From contig OZ245003.1 in the NCBI GenBank assembly GCA_965223425.1, forward strand, positions 1,984,001 to 2,048,000: a stretch of DNA of 64,000 bases, read 5' to 3'. A model generated the notes under the pieces. It was not told the DNA's origin and ran no database searches. It worked only from the letters and a program-made list of their open reading frames with translations. The position numbers and the translations under genes are program-made. Below, in pieces: positions 19,901-29,169 of this stretch (position 1 is the first letter of the stretch; each line of letters starts with the position of its first letter). Source of the stretch: Nitrosopumilus sp. GTDB taxonomy: Archaea; Thermoproteota; Nitrososphaeria; Nitrososphaerales; Nitrosopumilaceae.

Positions 19901-21259
19901 TTGTCTGCCTTGGACAAGGCATTAAACCACTCAAAGAACATAGGAATAAACGAATGCGAGGTGGTTGCTGTAAAAAAGAAAATCACAACTGTAAGAATTA
20001 CTGATTCTGAAATTTCAGAAATTAAACAAAACTTTGAGGAAAGTTACGGCATACGGTTAATTCATGATAAAAAAATTGCATCAATTGAGACAACCAGCCA
20101 AGAAGACATAGAGAAATCAATTGATAACGCATTTGAGACATCATCAAAACTCAAAGTACGAAACTTTTGGCAAGGATTACCCCATGAAACATCCTTCAGC
20201 CGACTCGATGGCACATTTGATGGAAAAATAGAGAAGATTTCAGGCACAGATGCCATGGATATCGCCCAAAATATGATAAATTCAGCAAATAATGATACAA
20301 TAAAAACGATTACAGGATCACTGAATATTGTTTCAGAAAACTTTGAGATGGCAAACTCAAACGGGTTGGATCTAAAGGACAAGGCCACATACATTTCAGG
20401 AATCATTAATGCAGAATCAGAACAAGGATCATTACCAGTATCAGGAATAGGACATGCAAGTTGTAGGACATTAGCAAATTTTTCTGCAGAGCAAGTTGGA
20501 AGTGATGCACAGATCATGTGCACAGAATCAATAAATCCACAAAAAATTGACTCAGACAAGTATTCTATAATTTTTGAACCGTATTCGGCAGGAGAGTTAT
20601 TGGCATTTGTTATAGCATCAAATTTTAATTTTAAAACATTTTCAGAAAAGAAGAGTTGTTTTTCAAATAATTTTGAAAAAATAATTGCAAATGAACAATT
20701 TAGCTTAATTGATGACCCTCACATTCCAGAAGGAATTGGAACAAAATCTGTAGATGATGAAGGAACAAAAACTCAAAAAAGACATTTGATAGAAAATGGA
20801 ATTTTTAAAAACACTTTTTCAAATCTTTTTGATAGTTACAAAGAAGGAAAACAATCCTCAGGCAATGCATCAAGGCCGGGCTCCCCCATGGGAAGAAGCT
20901 CAGACCCAATTCCGGTTTCAGCACCTCATAATCTCAAAATAGATTCTGGGAAAATTTCTCAAGAAGACATGATAAAGGACACAAAACACGGATTGTTAAT
21001 TGGAAGATTGTGGTACACATATGCAGTAAATCCAATCAAAGGGGATTTTTCATGTACAGCAAGAAGTGGAATACGAATTATTGAGAATGGAGAGATAAAA
21101 GATCCTGGAAAATCAGTTAGAATAACACACAGTCTTCGGACCATGATAAAAGACATTTCAGAAATTGGAAACAATCAAAAAAATGTAATTCAGTGGGCAT
21201 CGCTTCCATCCATTGCTCCATCAATCAAGGCTGAGAATATCATGGTAAACTCCATCTAA
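19901..21259 (+). CDS. TldD/PmbA family metalloprotease subunit
   Basis: DDP...DDEGT..LIENG, SGNA, NPIKGDFS and IENGEI motifs. Confidence 0.88.
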   Translation: MSALDKALNHSKNIGINECEVVAVKKKITTVRITDSEISEIKQNFEESYGIRLIHDKKIASIETTSQEDIEKSIDNAFETSSKLKVRNFWQGLPHETSFSRLDGTFDGKIEKISGTDAMDIAQNMINSANNDTIKTITGSLNIVSENFEMANSNGLDLKDKATYISGIINAESEQGSLPVSGIGHASCRTLANFSAEQVGSDAQIMCTESINPQKIDSDKYSIIFEPYSAGELLAFVIASNFNFKTFSEKKSCFSNNFEKIIANEQFSLIDDPHIPEGIGTKSVDDEGTKTQKRHLIENGIFKNTFSNLFDSYKEGKQSSGNASRPGSPMGRSSDPIPVSAPHNLKIDSGKISQEDMIKDTKHGLLIGRLWYTYAVNPIKGDFSCTARSGIRIIENGEIKDPGKSVRITHSLRTMIKDISEIGNNQKNVIQWASLPSIAPSIKAENIMVNSI

Positions 21260-21279
21260 ATGCCAAATTTAGGCACAAA

Positions 21280-22215
21280 TTATTTGAAAAATGTGATTAT
21301 TAGGTAGGCAACATATCCAATAGCTAAACAGACACCCATAGCTCTGTTTATGATTCCAGTCCTCAAAGCAAGGAGCAGCGAAAGACTGAAGACAATCATT
21401 ATTGCATAATCAACGTAGACATCAGATGCAATCACCACGCCACCAAGCGCAGCACCAACACCCATTATCATCAAAATGTTATAGATGTTACTCCCAATGA
21501 TATTTCCAACGCCAATATCGGCATGTCCTTTTCTAATTGCCATAATTGATGTTATTAATTCTGGAAGAGATGTTCCAATTGCAATTACAGTTAAACCAAT
21601 GATTTTTTCTGATAGCCCAAATTCTTTTGCCAAAATTACAGCATTATCAACGGTTAGAATTGCGCCAACATACAAAAGAACAACTCCTATTCCAATTAGC
21701 CCAATAGACTTTAGATATATGCTATTTTTCCCCGGTTCAGTTTTCTCTTTGTTTTCTTTTCTTTGTTTCATTGCATCTTTGCAGGTATAAAATCCAAACA
21801 CACCTAAACCAGCAAGTAACAAGATTCCATCATAAACAGAAAGCTCGCCATCAATTGAGATTAAAACCAGTAAAAGAGAAACGCCTAACATAATTGGAAT
21901 TTCTTTTCGTAATACAGATTTACTAACTACTAAAGGTACAATAATTGCAGCAATGCCAATTACCATTCCAACATTTGCAATGTTGCTTCCAATCACATTT
22001 CCTAAAATAATTGCACTATGTTCTCCAGCGGCGGCAATACTGGCAGCAAGTTCGGGAGTAGAAGTACCATACGCTACTACAGTCATTCCGATAACGAGAT
22101 TGCTTATTCGGAATTTTCTTGCAATGGCAACACTGCCACTGACTAGCCAATTTCCGCCAAAACATAGTAGGACTAGTCCAACTATCGTTAATGCTGCACT
22201 TGCTACTACTTCCAC
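21280..22215 (-). CDS. Calcium/sodium antiporter (CaCA, YrbG-like)
   Basis: Duplicated alpha repeats GTSTPEL..GNVIGSNI and GTSLPEL..GNIIGSNI. Confidence 0.92.
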   Translation of the reverse strand: MEVVASAALTIVGLVLLCFGGNWLVSGSVAIARKFRISNLVIGMTVVAYGTSTPELAASIAAAGEHSAIILGNVIGSNIANVGMVIGIAAIIVPLVVSKSVLRKEIPIMLGVSLLLVLISIDGELSVYDGILLLAGLGVFGFYTCKDAMKQRKENKEKTEPGKNSIYLKSIGLIGIGVVLLYVGAILTVDNAVILAKEFGLSEKIIGLTVIAIGTSLPELITSIMAIRKGHADIGVGNIIGSNIYNILMIMGVGAALGGVVIASDVYVDYAIMIVFSLSLLLALRTGIINRAMGVCLAIGYVAYLIITFFK

Positions 22216-22398
22216 AATAAAATTTCAGGTTTTGACTGCTTAAAGGAGGTGATTTATTATAATTTCACAATTCTAACAACTGCAGTAAACCTGAACTTAT
22301 CAGTTAGGCACAAACAGAGGTGTAAAAAAACCATCCAGAAAGATCAATAAAGCTCAAGTTAAAGACTAATAAGGTAATGTACCGTACCATACAGTATA

Positions 22399-22743
22399 AT
22401 GCGGGCAAGACTGACATACGTACCAATAGAAGTGGCAGACCAATTCGAAGACTTTATCATAAAAAGAGGCGAGCAAGTACTTGATGCAGTAAAAGCAAGG
22501 ACAAGGGACTATAGCACGTTGTCTTTGTTGAAATTATTGTATCAGCTTCGAGGAAATCCCATGACATTTTCTGATCTATATTCAAAGTCAAAGATCAGAA
22601 TGAAAAAATCATTTTTGAATTATCTGCATCTATGTGTGGATTACAACTTTGTAAAAAAAGAGCCGGTTGGACCAAATGTGATTTATTCGATCACAGACAA
22701 GGGACGAACTATGTTGAATCTCTTTATGCAGAAAGGTAATTAG
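22399..22743 (+). CDS. Winged-helix DNA-binding protein
   Basis: PMTFSDLY...YSITDKGR wHTH pattern. Confidence 0.7.
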   Translation: MRARLTYVPIEVADQFEDFIIKRGEQVLDAVKARTRDYSTLSLLKLLYQLRGNPMTFSDLYSKSKIRMKKSFLNYLHLCVDYNFVKKEPVGPNVIYSITDKGRTMLNLFMQKGN

Positions 22744-22765
22744 ACAGAGAAAATCGACGTAAACC

Positions 22766-23491
22766 GTGCAAAAGGAATTTCCAGAAGCCGAAGTCTTTGA
22801 GATAAAGAAAGTAGAGTTAAAGAATCCAATAATTTTTGCAGGTTTTGTAGGAGCTGGTCTTGTAGGTCCTGTCGCAATTAACCACGTTATTGAAAAATTA
22901 GAAATGGAGGAAATTGGAGTGATGAGATCAAAATATCTTCCCCCATCAACAGTTTTCATGAGAGGCAGATTGCGTCACCCATTTAGATTCTATGCAAATC
23001 AAGATGGAACAATATGTGCAATAATCTGTGAGATAACATTGAAGATGGAGGGACTGTATTGTTTGGTATCATCAATTTTGGATTGGGCAGCACAAAAAGG
23101 ATCCAAGGAGATCGTTATTCTAGATGGAGTTGCAAGCACTGAACATGATGAGAAGGCATATTGTGCTGCTGAAGAAGATTTGATAAGAACCATGGCAGAC
23201 AAGGACATCAGCATGATTCCACAGGGATTTATCACTGGAATCCCAGGAGGCATACTAAATGAATGCCTGGTAAGGAAGATTCAGGGGTTGACACTGTTGG
23301 CAAAAGCAAACGAAGGAGCGCCAGACTCAGCCGCAGCTGCAACCCTGATTGAGGCACTAAATCGATTTTATGAAATGAACATAGACACAACAGAACTGCA
23401 AGAAAACAGAGAGAAAATCAACTCAGAATTTAGCGAATTATCTCAAAAATATACAGAGCATAGAGAAGAGACATCTGGAATGTACATGTGA
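22766..23491 (+). CDS. Proteasome assembly chaperone (PAC2) family protein
   Basis: GFVGAGLVG, PFRFY, GFITGIPGGIL, PDSAAAA and C-terminal MYM (HbYX-like). Confidence 0.88.
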   Translation: MQKEFPEAEVFEIKKVELKNPIIFAGFVGAGLVGPVAINHVIEKLEMEEIGVMRSKYLPPSTVFMRGRLRHPFRFYANQDGTICAIICEITLKMEGLYCLVSSILDWAAQKGSKEIVILDGVASTEHDEKAYCAAEEDLIRTMADKDISMIPQGFITGIPGGILNECLVRKIQGLTLLAKANEGAPDSAAAATLIEALNRFYEMNIDTTELQENREKINSEFSELSQKYTEHREETSGMYM

Positions 23492-23804
23492 TCAAAAGAT
23501 TTTGCCAAGTTATCAGGCGTCAGTCACAAATCTTGACACTTCAAAACTCGGGACATTTGTCCCTCTTATCCTCGGATTGCTTCTCTTCGTATATGAATTG
23601 TTCTTGCTTGTTTGTTATTTTAGAATATTGGCTACAACACGGATAAATCTGGTAGCAATTACATCAGTAGTTCCCAGATGTAGATTTACCGCAACCACAA
23701 CTAGCATCGGTTCTGCTTGCCTCGATCATTGACAAACAACTCGTTTCTGCTTGTAATGTGCACGATAAACAACTAGAGTAATTCATGTTGGAAAAGTAGA
23801 ATAT

Positions 23805-24125
23805 TTGGATTATGAAAATGATTCATTTGGAACTGACAATGTTTTGCTACCCTTTTTACATAAACGAAAAAGTTTTGAATATGAAAATGAAATACGAGCA
23901 ATAGTAGAAGATTACCCTTCAGAATTAACAGAATCAGAATTTGAAAAAAATTACAAAGTAGGCATTAACATTCCAGTTGATATGGACAAATTAATTGAGA
24001 ATATATTCATCGCTCCATCGGCACAGTCATGGTTCAGAGATTTAGTCAAATCAATCGTGCCACGTTATGGATTAAAAAAACCAATAACAGATTCAAAGTT
24101 AGACGAAAGACCGCAATTAATATAA
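23805..24125 (+). pseudogene. C-terminal fragment of a DUF2971-like protein
   Basis: FLHKRKSFEYENEIR...DKLIENIFIAP motif; N-terminus missing. Confidence 0.55.
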
Positions 24126-24142
24126 TTTTGGACATTTCAGAA

Positions 24143-24366
24143 GTAACAGGATAGGTCTCCAATACGGTTTCAGTATCTCTTCTTGAATGCTGGTGCACCT
24201 TTTCTGCCATGTCAGCAAACAGCTCATCAGTATGCCAAATACCTTCATGCCTGTTTCACTGACAAGGCACTGTCTGATCTTGCGCGATATGACGACGCGC
24301 CGAAGCATCCTTTGTGACTCGTTGTTTGTGGGATCCATTCCGGAATGTTTTAGAAATGTAAGGAGC
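24143..24366 (-). pseudogene. IS66-family transposase C-terminal remnant with element end (copy A)
   Basis: LLTFLKHSGMDPTNNESQRMLRRVVISRKI...SETG; terminus GTAAC, and IS66 ends begin GTAA. Confidence 0.7.
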
Positions 24367-24830
24367 TATTCTTCTGGTTTTTGCGTGTTGTTAGGAGGGT
24401 TATTGAAAGTGGGTTTTTCAATTATATCTATTGCGTTTATAGACTGATATCTAAGTATGGGATTATTGGTGACATCCGTTTTATTGGTAAGAAATATTTT
24501 TTCAACCTTGATGCCTGAAAAAATAAAAAACTTCTCTGTTTCATAGATATTGATAATCTCACGAATAGGTTTAAAATTTAATTCTCTTATTTGATCTTGC
24601 TCAGATGCTGGACCTATTTCATATTCTACTTCATATCGTTCTACATCAGAGGGTGTTATTACATAAGAATAGGAATTTGTTGCAACAGAACCTTTTTTCT
24701 CACTATCACCATCAAAAGTATACATCACATCTACCGTAGATAATTTCACTTTTAGAATTTGACCATTTTCTACTTCGTAAGAAGAAAAATCGTCTCTTAT
24801 TGTATTATAGTCAATTCGTTCTTCTCTCAT
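24366..24830 (-). CDS. Hypothetical protein (internal duplication)
   Basis: 154-aa ORF, last gene of a tightly coupled three-gene cassette. Confidence 0.6.
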   Translation of the reverse strand: MREERIDYNTIRDDFSSYEVENGQILKVKLSTVDVMYTFDGDSEKKGSVATNSYSYVITPSDVERYEVEYEIGPASEQDQIRELNFKPIREIINIYETEKFFIFSGIKVEKIFLTNKTDVTNNPILRYQSINAIDIIEKPTFNNPPNNTQKPEE

Positions 24831-25060
24831 TTTTTCGTATCTCCATCTAATAATCGAATATCAGGTTCTCCTTTATCACGATAATGGACTAACCAAACCT
24901 CTTCTTTACTATGCCAATGTTTTTTTGTTGTAATGTGTTTTGGTTGACAAATTTTAAGTTCATTACTTCTAAACTCAATAATGAGATGCTTTTTTTTGTT
25001 TGAATATTCGTATCCAACTTTGCCACTAATTTTAAAAGGTGAAAAAGAATCGTCTGACAA
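24827..25060 (-). CDS. Hypothetical protein
   Basis: 77-aa ORF abutting or overlapping both neighbours. Confidence 0.5.
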   Translation of the reverse strand: MSDDSFSPFKISGKVGYEYSNKKKHLIIEFRSNELKICQPKHITTKKHWHSKEEVWLVHYRDKGEPDIRLLDGDTKK

Positions 25061-25357
25061 TTAATCTCTCAATTCATACAACTTGATGCTATCAACTGTT
25101 TTTGTTATGACATAATCTTTATCATTATATTGAAAGGCATATGGTTTGTTTACTTCTAATAGACGTTCTTTTATTTTGATAGCATCATCAACAACCTTAA
25201 CAGGTTGTAAAGTTTGGGAACATGATCCAATCAAAAATCCAACCCATGCGGTGATAGATGATGTAGTTAATTCATTTTCATTGGTACTACAAATTAATCT
25301 AGATTTTATTAATTCTTGTGGTTTTTGAGGATTATCAAATTTTTCTAATTGGCTCAT
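25061..25357 (-). CDS. Hypothetical protein
   Basis: 98-aa ORF; TATA-like TTTAAT about 25 nt upstream. Confidence 0.55.
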   Translation of the reverse strand: MSQLEKFDNPQKPQELIKSRLICSTNENELTTSSITAWVGFLIGSCSQTLQPVKVVDDAIKIKERLLEVNKPYAFQYNDKDYVITKTVDSIKLYELRD

Positions 25358-25474
25358 AGAATATTATTTCCACATTCAATATTAAATCTTACGTATACCT
25401 CACCTATCCTGTCTAATCAAAAAAATTGATCATCTGATCCATATACTGCCCATTCCGATGTGGTGGGTTTTAGT

Positions 25475-25666
25475 GTAACAGAATAGATCTACAATACAGT
25501 TTCAGTATCTCTTCTTGAATGCTGGTGCACCTTTTCTGCCATGTCAGCAAACAGCTCACCAGTATGCCAAATACCTTCATGCCTGTTTCACTGACAAGGC
25601 ACTGTCTGATCTTGCGCGATATGACGACGCGCCGAAGCATCCTTTCTGACTCGTTGTTTGTGGGAT
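25475..25666 (-). pseudogene. IS66-family transposase remnant (copy B)
   Basis: 192-bp near-identical direct repeat of 24143-24334 (HPTNNESERMLRRVVISRKI). Confidence 0.7.
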
Positions 25667-26081
25667 GCAAACACATATGAAAAATAGATAAGGTGGCCAG
25701 GTAGTTTGATGCTCGGATCTTGTATTTGTGCCTCTCAGCTAAGATTCCTTGATTTGGACTATTTTGAAGAAAACTACACTGTGCATATCCTAGACAGTAG
25801 TTGGGATTGTACATTTTAGATTAGGCCAAACTGATCATTTTAAGAACAAGACACGATCAATCAGATCCAAATACAAGGCATGTTCACTCACCTTGACTTG
25901 CGCAGAAAAGATGGGCAAGCACACCAACAGAACCAAGATATCAACCCCAAACTCCTCAGAAATTTATGAAAAATACCGCAAGTTTCCAGTGCAAAGATAG
26001 ATAGGCGCGTCCCTGTATCTTGACAGAACCGATCGAAACTGCAGGCAAATTCTTTTATTCACAGCAAAAGTGCATCAAACC

Positions 26082-27104
26082 ATGGTTCTAACCTACAAAA
26101 AAGCAGGGGTGGACATTTCTAAAATTAAACAAAGTCAAAAGGCAATTGGAAAATTGATTGCATCCACTCACAAGCTTCAGAAAAAAGCAAAGATAGCACA
26201 TGGGTTTGGACATTATGCAGGAATTGTAGAGATTTCAGGTGGAAAACTTTTGGCCACACACACAGACGGCGTGGGAACCAAAGTAGTGATTGCAAATATG
26301 ATGAAAAAATACAATACAATTGGAATCGACTGTGTTGCAATGAATGTAAATGATGTAATCTGCATTGGTGCAACACCTGTTTCATTTGTAGACTATATTG
26401 CCGCAAACAAAAATGATCAGCAGATATTCAAAAAAATTGTAGAGGGGCTAGTAACAGGTGCAAAGAAATCTTCAATGCCAATAGTTGGAGGAGAAACTGC
26501 AATAATGCCAGATGTAATTGAAGGCAAGGGATTTGCATTTGATTTGGCAGGAATGGTGGTCGGACTAGCAGAGAAAAAAGACATGGTTCTTGGAAATAAA
26601 ATAAAATCAGGAGACATCATCATCGGTGCAAAAAGTACCGGCATTCACTCAAATGGATACTCACTAGCACGAAAAGCACTGTTAACAAAATACTCTGTCA
26701 AAGACAAAGTCAGAGGGATAGGAACAATAGGGGACGCATTGCTAAAACCCACTGAGATCTATACAAATCCGGTATTGGAGATTATTCAAAGATGCAAAGT
26801 AAGCGGTCTTGCCCACATAACAGGAGGGGCATTTACCAAGCTATTGCGCCTCAAACAAATAGGCTATCAAATAGATTCACTGCCAAAAATCCCACCAATT
26901 ATGGGACTAGTGGAAGAGCAGGGGGTAAAACCCGAAGAGATGTACAAGACATTCAACATGGGAGTAGGATTCTGTGTGATTGCACCAAAAAACCAAGCAA
27001 CAAAAATCAAATCAATATTCAAAAAACATAAAATTTCAAGTCAGGAGATAGGACAAATCATTTCAAAGAAAGGGGTTTTTGTAAATTCTAAAAAAATTGC
27101 TTAA
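26082..27104 (+). CDS. purM: Phosphoribosylformylglycinamidine cyclo-ligase (AIR synthetase)
   Basis: TYKKAGVD, TDGVGTK, GGETA, GIHSNGYSLAR, AHITGG and TFNMGVG. Confidence 0.97.
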   Translation: MVLTYKKAGVDISKIKQSQKAIGKLIASTHKLQKKAKIAHGFGHYAGIVEISGGKLLATHTDGVGTKVVIANMMKKYNTIGIDCVAMNVNDVICIGATPVSFVDYIAANKNDQQIFKKIVEGLVTGAKKSSMPIVGGETAIMPDVIEGKGFAFDLAGMVVGLAEKKDMVLGNKIKSGDIIIGAKSTGIHSNGYSLARKALLTKYSVKDKVRGIGTIGDALLKPTEIYTNPVLEIIQRCKVSGLAHITGGAFTKLLRLKQIGYQIDSLPKIPPIMGLVEEQGVKPEEMYKTFNMGVGFCVIAPKNQATKIKSIFKKHKISSQEIGQIISKKGVFVNSKKIA

Positions 27105-27175
27105 TTTAACAACAACAAAATAATTTTCAACCTAGCATCACCTTATATTACATATTTCTAGTCCTAACAGTAGAA

Positions 27176-28423
27176 ATGGCTGTAGAAGGGCAATTCATTG
27201 AAACAATTATCGGAGTAGGAATTCTTCTTTTTGCAGCTAAATTAATGGCAGAGCTTTTCCTTAGACTGAAACTTCCAATTGTTTTAGGTGAACTTTTGGC
27301 AGGAATGATCGTGGGCCCGTTTGCATTAGGGGGATTCTTTGTAGTGGATGGAAGACATCTGCTTCAGATTAATGATGAAATAAGAATACTTGGAGAAATG
27401 GGCGCAATCGTAATTTTGTTTATGGCAGGACTGGAAATGACTCCAAAAGAATTTCTCAAAGGAGGAAAAGCAGCGTTTACTGTTGGAACACTAGGAGTAG
27501 TGGTGCCGTTCTTTGCAGGCCTTGCAATTTTCCAAATGTTTGGATTTGATGCATTACAATCAATGTTGATTGCTACGGCGCTTACAGCAACAAGTATTGC
27601 AATTTCAATTCAAGTGCTAAATGAGTTCGGGAAAATCAAAACTCCAGAAGCTAGACTCATCATTGGCGCAGCGATTGTAGATGACATTTTAGCAATTGCA
27701 GTACTATCAGTTGTCACATCTATTGCAGGAACAGATGGGGGAATAGACAACATAGACATTACTGAAGTTACAATTACAATTTTACAAGTATTAGGATTCT
27801 TTGCAATAATGCTTGCTGTGGCAGTGGTAGTTATTCCAAGAATAATTACGCCGAGATTATGGAAGGCAAAAGGTAGTGTTGAGGGAATAGCTACTGCGTC
27901 GTTCTTTGGTGCCGCAGCTCTTGCAGGATCTATCGGGCTATCACCGATTGTAGGGGCGTTTGCTGTGGGAATGGCGCTATCAACTACCAAGGTCTTTGAA
28001 AAAATAGAAAATTATGTCAGTAAGATAGGCTTGATTTTTGCACCGCTATTCTTTGCAATTATTGGGGCACAAGTAGACCTAAGAGCAGTCGATTTGAATA
28101 TTTTGATGCTAAGCGGAGTTGTCATTTCAGTTGCAATTGTTACAAAATTGTTTGGATGTGGACTGCCTGCAATGATGTTTTTGAAAAGTAGGGCACAGGG
28201 GATGAGAGTAGGAATCGGAATGATATCAAGAGGAGAGGTAGGACTCATTGTGGCAGGAGTTGGGGTTACTGCAGGAATACTTACGTCTGAAGTATATTCG
28301 ACAATTGTGATCATGGTAGCAGTAACAACGATCATAACACCAATCTGGTTGAAGATAGAATACAGAAAAGAACAGAAGACGGGAAGCAACGCAGATGCAA
28401 GCACCAAAGTAAAGTCAGAATAA
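27176..28423 (+). CDS. Cation:proton antiporter (CPA2)
   Basis: ATSIAI, AAIVDD and GMISRGEVGLI motifs; multi-TM. Confidence 0.92.
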   Translation: MAVEGQFIETIIGVGILLFAAKLMAELFLRLKLPIVLGELLAGMIVGPFALGGFFVVDGRHLLQINDEIRILGEMGAIVILFMAGLEMTPKEFLKGGKAAFTVGTLGVVVPFFAGLAIFQMFGFDALQSMLIATALTATSIAISIQVLNEFGKIKTPEARLIIGAAIVDDILAIAVLSVVTSIAGTDGGIDNIDITEVTITILQVLGFFAIMLAVAVVVIPRIITPRLWKAKGSVEGIATASFFGAAALAGSIGLSPIVGAFAVGMALSTTKVFEKIENYVSKIGLIFAPLFFAIIGAQVDLRAVDLNILMLSGVVISVAIVTKLFGCGLPAMMFLKSRAQGMRVGIGMISRGEVGLIVAGVGVTAGILTSEVYSTIVIMVAVTTIITPIWLKIEYRKEQKTGSNADASTKVKSE

Positions 28424-28555
28424 ATTGTATGAGTTCACCTACTCTGCGTAAACAACACAAATTCCGTAAAATTCGCGCCTATTTGTAAGGGGACGTGAAC
28501 TCGTACAATAAATTCTCAAAAAGTCTTAAATCATATAGAAAGTTGAGTACAAGAC

Positions 28556-29114
28556 ATGTCAGTAAACATAAACAGCGATTCATTCAAAACAGAAGTACTT
28601 GCAGAGATCAAAAGAATCCAAGAGGAATTATCCGAATTAAAAATTGTTAAAAAAAATATTGTAAAGAAATCAAAGAGAAAGCCAGCTAGAAAGACTGTAA
28701 AGAGAAAACCAGCTAGAGGAACTGCTAAAAGAAAGGTAAAGAGAAAACCAGCTAGAAAGACTGTAAAGAGAAAACCAGCTAGAAAGACTGTAAAGAGAAA
28801 ACCAGCTAGGAAGACTGTAAAGAGAAAACCAGCTAGAAAGACTGTAAAGAGAAAACCAGCTAGAAAGACTGTAAAGAGAAAACCAGCTAGAAAGACTGTA
28901 AAGAGAAAACCAGCTAGGAAGACTAAAGAGAAAACCAGCTAGAAAGACTGTAAAGAGAAAACCAGCTAGGAAGACTGTAAAGAGAAAACCAGCTAGAGGA
29001 ACTGCTAAAAGAAAGGTAAAGAGAAAGCCAGCTAGAAAGACTGTAAAGAGAAAACCAGCTAGGAAGACTGTAAAGAGAAAACCAGCTAGGAAGACTGTAA
29101 AGAGAAAAAGATAG
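28556..29114 (+). pseudogene. Histone H1-like/Hc2-like Lys/Arg repeat protein, frameshifted
   Basis: N-terminal coiled coil then KRKPARKTV repeats. One unit near 28925 lacks GT (GACTAAAG vs GACTGTAAAG), truncating the ORF at 28942; repeats continue to TAG at 29112-14. Confidence 0.7.
28672..29108 (+). repeat. 27-bp tandem repeat (about 15 units) with two 39-bp variant units
   Basis: Unit AAGAGAAAACCAGCTAG(A/G)AAGACTGTA; the variant encodes KRKPARGTAKRKV. Confidence 0.95.
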
Positions 29115-29169
29115 CCTCGATTGAGCCAAATTATTTAACGAATTTATGTCCATATCAGTATGAGCAGGC

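Larger units (their letters stand above)
23498..26030. mobile_element. Degenerate cargo element with IS6-like ends
   Basis: Left GATTTTGCCAAGTTATCAGG; right end reverse-complements to GGTTCTGTCAAGATACAGG. Flanks GATCAAAA (23490-97) and GATCGAAA (26031-38) match 7/8. Inserted between the PAC2 gene and purM. Confidence 0.65.

Noticed and set aside
28672-29108. Possible CRISPR-like repeat
   Set aside because: Contiguous coding tandem repeat without spacers.
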